Source: Balanoglossus misakiensis
Taxonomy: Eukaryota; Animalia; Hemichordata
DNA length: 64,000 nucleotides
Assembly (NCBI GenBank): GCA_040954595.2
Contig: CM082597.2
Coordinates: 8,328,343-8,392,342 of the forward strand
Reading direction: 5' to 3'
The number at the start of each line of letters is the position of its first letter. The first letter of the stretch is position 1. Positions 61,255-64,000 of this stretch are shown here, piece after piece. Under the pieces are notes generated by a model. The model had not been told where the DNA came from. It saw nothing but the letters and a program-made list of their open reading frames with translations, and did not search any database. Position numbers and translations under genes: made by a program.

Positions 61255-64000
61255 TGTTACGACACACCCTGTTTAGTTGCTTGGTCGAGAGAGGGGTAGC
61301 TTTTCTTTGCATAACAAAGGGCCCTGCCTTTTGAAGTAGTTCATTTAAATATTGGTAATAACCAGATGGTCACCCATATGAAAGGCCTTCTCACCAAAAC
61401 CACGAGGCACACTTCTCAACACGGACTCGGAGGAGCACGTAGCTGTCGTAGCTCCAGCTCCACATCGCCTTGGGAATTAGGAATTTACCTAGCTGGGCTG
61501 GATTCTGTGAGCAACCGACTTCATGAGCAACGGATTTTGTGTGAGCAACGGACTTTGTGTGAGCAACGGACTTTCTGTGAGCAACTGGATTCTGTGAGTA
61601 AATGGCTTCTGTGAACGACGGACTTGGTCAGCAACGGACTTCTGTGCCTTGAGTTCGGCCAGGACTTTTGTGGACTCGGTAACTCCTCGACCAAGCAGGG
61701 TAAAAACACGCAGTGAACATTTTCTTTTGTGTGACCTTTTGATTTTAGAAGGCTAGTTGTTTAATTAAATATTCTGTTGTTGAACCACATTCTCCATTGT
61801 GTGCTCCCGTTTTTTTCTACCGTAACAGAAATTGGGGGCTCGTCCGGGAGCTGAATATTTGCTCGAAGTTGTTGTTGTAAAAGAAAATTGTCCCAATATA
61901 TTTGGAAGCAAAACTACAAAAATAAACTGGAGCTAACAATGGAGTTCAAACCAGTGGAGTATTTAGAAAACCCCTCTCTTGAAGTGTTCGAAAAGTTGAG
62001 AAAGCATGAGTTGGTGTCGCTTGCCGAATATCTTGAGCTTGTTGTACGACCATCCATGAAAAAACAAGAGTTGAAAAATATCATTGTAAAGGCTCTTGTT
62101 GAACAAGGGAAATTTGGGGTTGAAGCACTGGAAATTGTTGAATCTAAGCATGAAGGTGATACGGTTAAAATAAGGCGGTTGGAGTTGGATCACCAGTATA
62201 GAATGATGCAATTGGAATATAAAGAAAGAGAAAGACAAAAAGAATTAGAAATTCAGGAAATGAAATTTAGAACGGGTAAGCAGGAGACAACTGAGTTTGG
62301 GGACAGACAAAATTCATCAGTGGGGTCCTTTCCTTATTTTGATGCAGCAAAGTATGTTCGACTGGTTCCTCAATTTCATGAAAAGGAGGTCGACAATTAT
62401 TTCCAGCATTTCGAAAAAATTGCTTACAGCCTTAAATGGCCAAAAGATGTTTGGACCATACTGTTGCAGAGCGTCTTAATTGGAAAAGCCCGTGAAGCAT
62501 TCACTGCCTTACCTCTTGATCAAAGTAGCGATTACGATCGTGTTAAAGATGCAATTCTCAAGTCATACGAACTAGTACCTGAAGCATACAGGCAAAAGTT
62601 CAGAAATGTACAAAAGCGGAATGACCAAACTCATGTTGAATTTGCCAGAGAAAAGGAAAGATTGTTTGATAGATGGTTAACTGCAAAGGGAGTTAATCAG
62701 AATTTTGATAAACTTAGGGAACTCATGTTGATCGAAGAGTTTAAACAATGTGTTCATTCTGATGTCAACACTCATCTTGATGAGCATAAGGTTGACGCAT
62801 TGCATGAAGCAGCTACTGTGGCTGATGATTATGCTTTAACTCATAAGCTAAGCTATGCCAGGAGTAATATAGCAGGTCAAAGTAAAACTTTTGGTTTCCG
62901 ACCTCCCCATCAGACTAAGAGTATTGAAAATAAACCTGTGAATTCTAAAGTAAAAGAAAGTAGTCCTAATTTTGGAGAAAAGACTAAGGACGGGATGTTT
63001 AAACCCATGCCAACGTGCGCCTATTGTAAAAAGAAGGGGCATCTTATTTCCGAATGTTGGTTTCTGCAAAGGAAAGGGAATAAGGTTAAAGTAGAGTCTA
63101 CCGCCTGCACTGTAACTGAAAAATGTGTCCAACCACTGAATGTGTCTAAAGTGCAAAGAATGGATGAAGTACCAAGAATAAAGGAAGAATTTAAGCCCTT
63201 TGGTTTTGATGGATTTGTATCATTGATAGGGGATGAAGCCAATCTACAACCCATAAAGATATTGCGTGATACTGCAGCCTCGCAGACATTGCTGTTAGAT
63301 AGTGTGTTATCTTTGTCTGAAATGAGCTCTGCTAAGTCTGATGTACTAATTAAGGGGGTAGAATTGGGTTATATTAATGTGCCTTTACACACTATAAATT
63401 TGCAGTCAAATTTAATATCAGGATCTGTTAAAGTTGGGGTGAGACCCACTTTGCCCATAGAGGGTATTTCTATGTTGCTAGGCAATGATTTGGCTGGAGG
63501 GAAAGTGTTCCCCGATCCAATTGTAACTAAAGAACCTAGTACTAATGACAGTGTATGTGATGATATTGAGATTTTCCCTGCTTGTGTTGTGACCAGGGCC
63601 ATGAGCCAAAGGGCTTCGACTGAAGAAGCTGTAAAGAAAGATGTAATAGATGAAGTTGACGATAATTTTGATGTCAACTTAGAGGATACGTTTCTTTCTA
63701 ATGTAGGTAAACTTAAAAGTGAGTGTTCCTCTCCTTTGACTGACAAAAATCAAGATGTTTCGAATCAGCCTAATCAAAAGTATGCTAAAACTGAGGGAAA
63801 GTTTAGTCGTGCTGGGCTTATTGCTGAACAGGAAGCTGATCCTGAAATTGTTAATTTAAGTAAGAGGTCCTTGGCCCTCAGTGAAATTGGTAAAGTACCC
63901 GTATGTTTCTATACAAAGGATGGTATTCTTTTCAGAAAATGGCGACCACCTGATGCGTCAACTGAGGATGAATGGAGAATTGTTCATCAAATAGTTGTGC
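61255..64000 (+). mobile_element. Second Gmr1-like unit in tandem, sharing the middle LTR (runs off window)
   Basis: After LTR 61255-61827 comes PBS 61833-61849 and an internal sequence matching unit 1 at offset 5439; ORF from 61939. Confidence 0.93.
61939..64000 (+). CDS. pol: Gmr1-like gag-pol, second copy (partial)
   Basis: Same sequence as 56500 onward except one synonymous change noticed (57801 A vs 63240 C). Confidence 0.9.
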   Translation, partial: MEFKPVEYLENPSLEVFEKLRKHELVSLAEYLELVVRPSMKKQELKNIIVKALVEQGKFGVEALEIVESKHEGDTVKIRRLELDHQYRMMQLEYKERERQKELEIQEMKFRTGKQETTEFGDRQNSSVGSFPYFDAAKYVRLVPQFHEKEVDNYFQHFEKIAYSLKWPKDVWTILLQSVLIGKAREAFTALPLDQSSDYDRVKDAILKSYELVPEAYRQKFRNVQKRNDQTHVEFAREKERLFDRWLTAKGVNQNFDKLRELMLIEEFKQCVHSDVNTHLDEHKVDALHEAATVADDYALTHKLSYARSNIAGQSKTFGFRPPHQTKSIENKPVNSKVKESSPNFGEKTKDGMFKPMPTCAYCKKKGHLISECWFLQRKGNKVKVESTACTVTEKCVQPLNVSKVQRMDEVPRIKEEFKPFGFDGFVSLIGDEANLQPIKILRDTAASQTLLLDSVLSLSEMSSAKSDVLIKGVELGYINVPLHTINLQSNLISGSVKVGVRPTLPIEGISMLLGNDLAGGKVFPDPIVTKEPSTNDSVCDDIEIFPACVVTRAMSQRASTEEAVKKDVIDEVDDNFDVNLEDTFLSNVGKLKSECSSPLTDKNQDVSNQPNQKYAKTEGKFSRAGLIAEQEADPEIVNLSKRSLALSEIGKVPVCFYTKDGILFRKWRPPDASTEDEWRIVHQIVV

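Larger units (their letters stand above)
55816..61827 (+). mobile_element. Gmr1-like Gypsy LTR retrotransposon (integrase upstream of RT), unit 1
   Basis: 573-bp TG..CA LTRs 55816-56388 and 61255-61827, with no differences noticed; PBS tgggggctcgtccggga 56394-56410 (tRNA-Pro); PPT 61244-61254. Confidence 0.95.

Overview
AT-rich, intron-containing animal DNA; a marine-invertebrate-like origin is an inference from composition and repeat content. There is no prokaryotic content. The backbone is a head-to-tail tandem array, on the minus strand, of at least three partial copies of one multi-exon gene with EGF/cbEGF, many VWC, VWD(GDPH) and C8 modules (kielin/chordin-like or BMPER/crossveinless-2 family). 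Sequence ~1512-29412 is repeated at ~31223-49529. Each copy carries different lesions (stops, frameshifts, lost splice sites, lost Cys, deletions), so the array looks like decaying pseudogene copies. The introns hold many mobile elements. These are an apparently intact DIRS1 tyrosine-recombinase retrotransposon with ITRs and ICR (5162-10806), an atypical short-LTR Ty3/Gypsy element (22053-27614), and a three-level nest: Ngaro-like YR retroelement <- Gypsy <- tandem Gmr1-like Gypsy with integrase before RT and a shared LTR (49530-64000). There are also many non-autonomous DNA elements (TA-flanked, TTAA-flanked, 9-bp-TSD, Crypton-like hairpin). Because the tandem copies supply paired filled and empty sites, several events can be read directly: an in-frame VWC-module deletion by MITE-MITE recombination, a 172-bp duplication flanking a hairpin element, and microhomology deletions. 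All coordinates and alignments were done by eye and no database searches were run.
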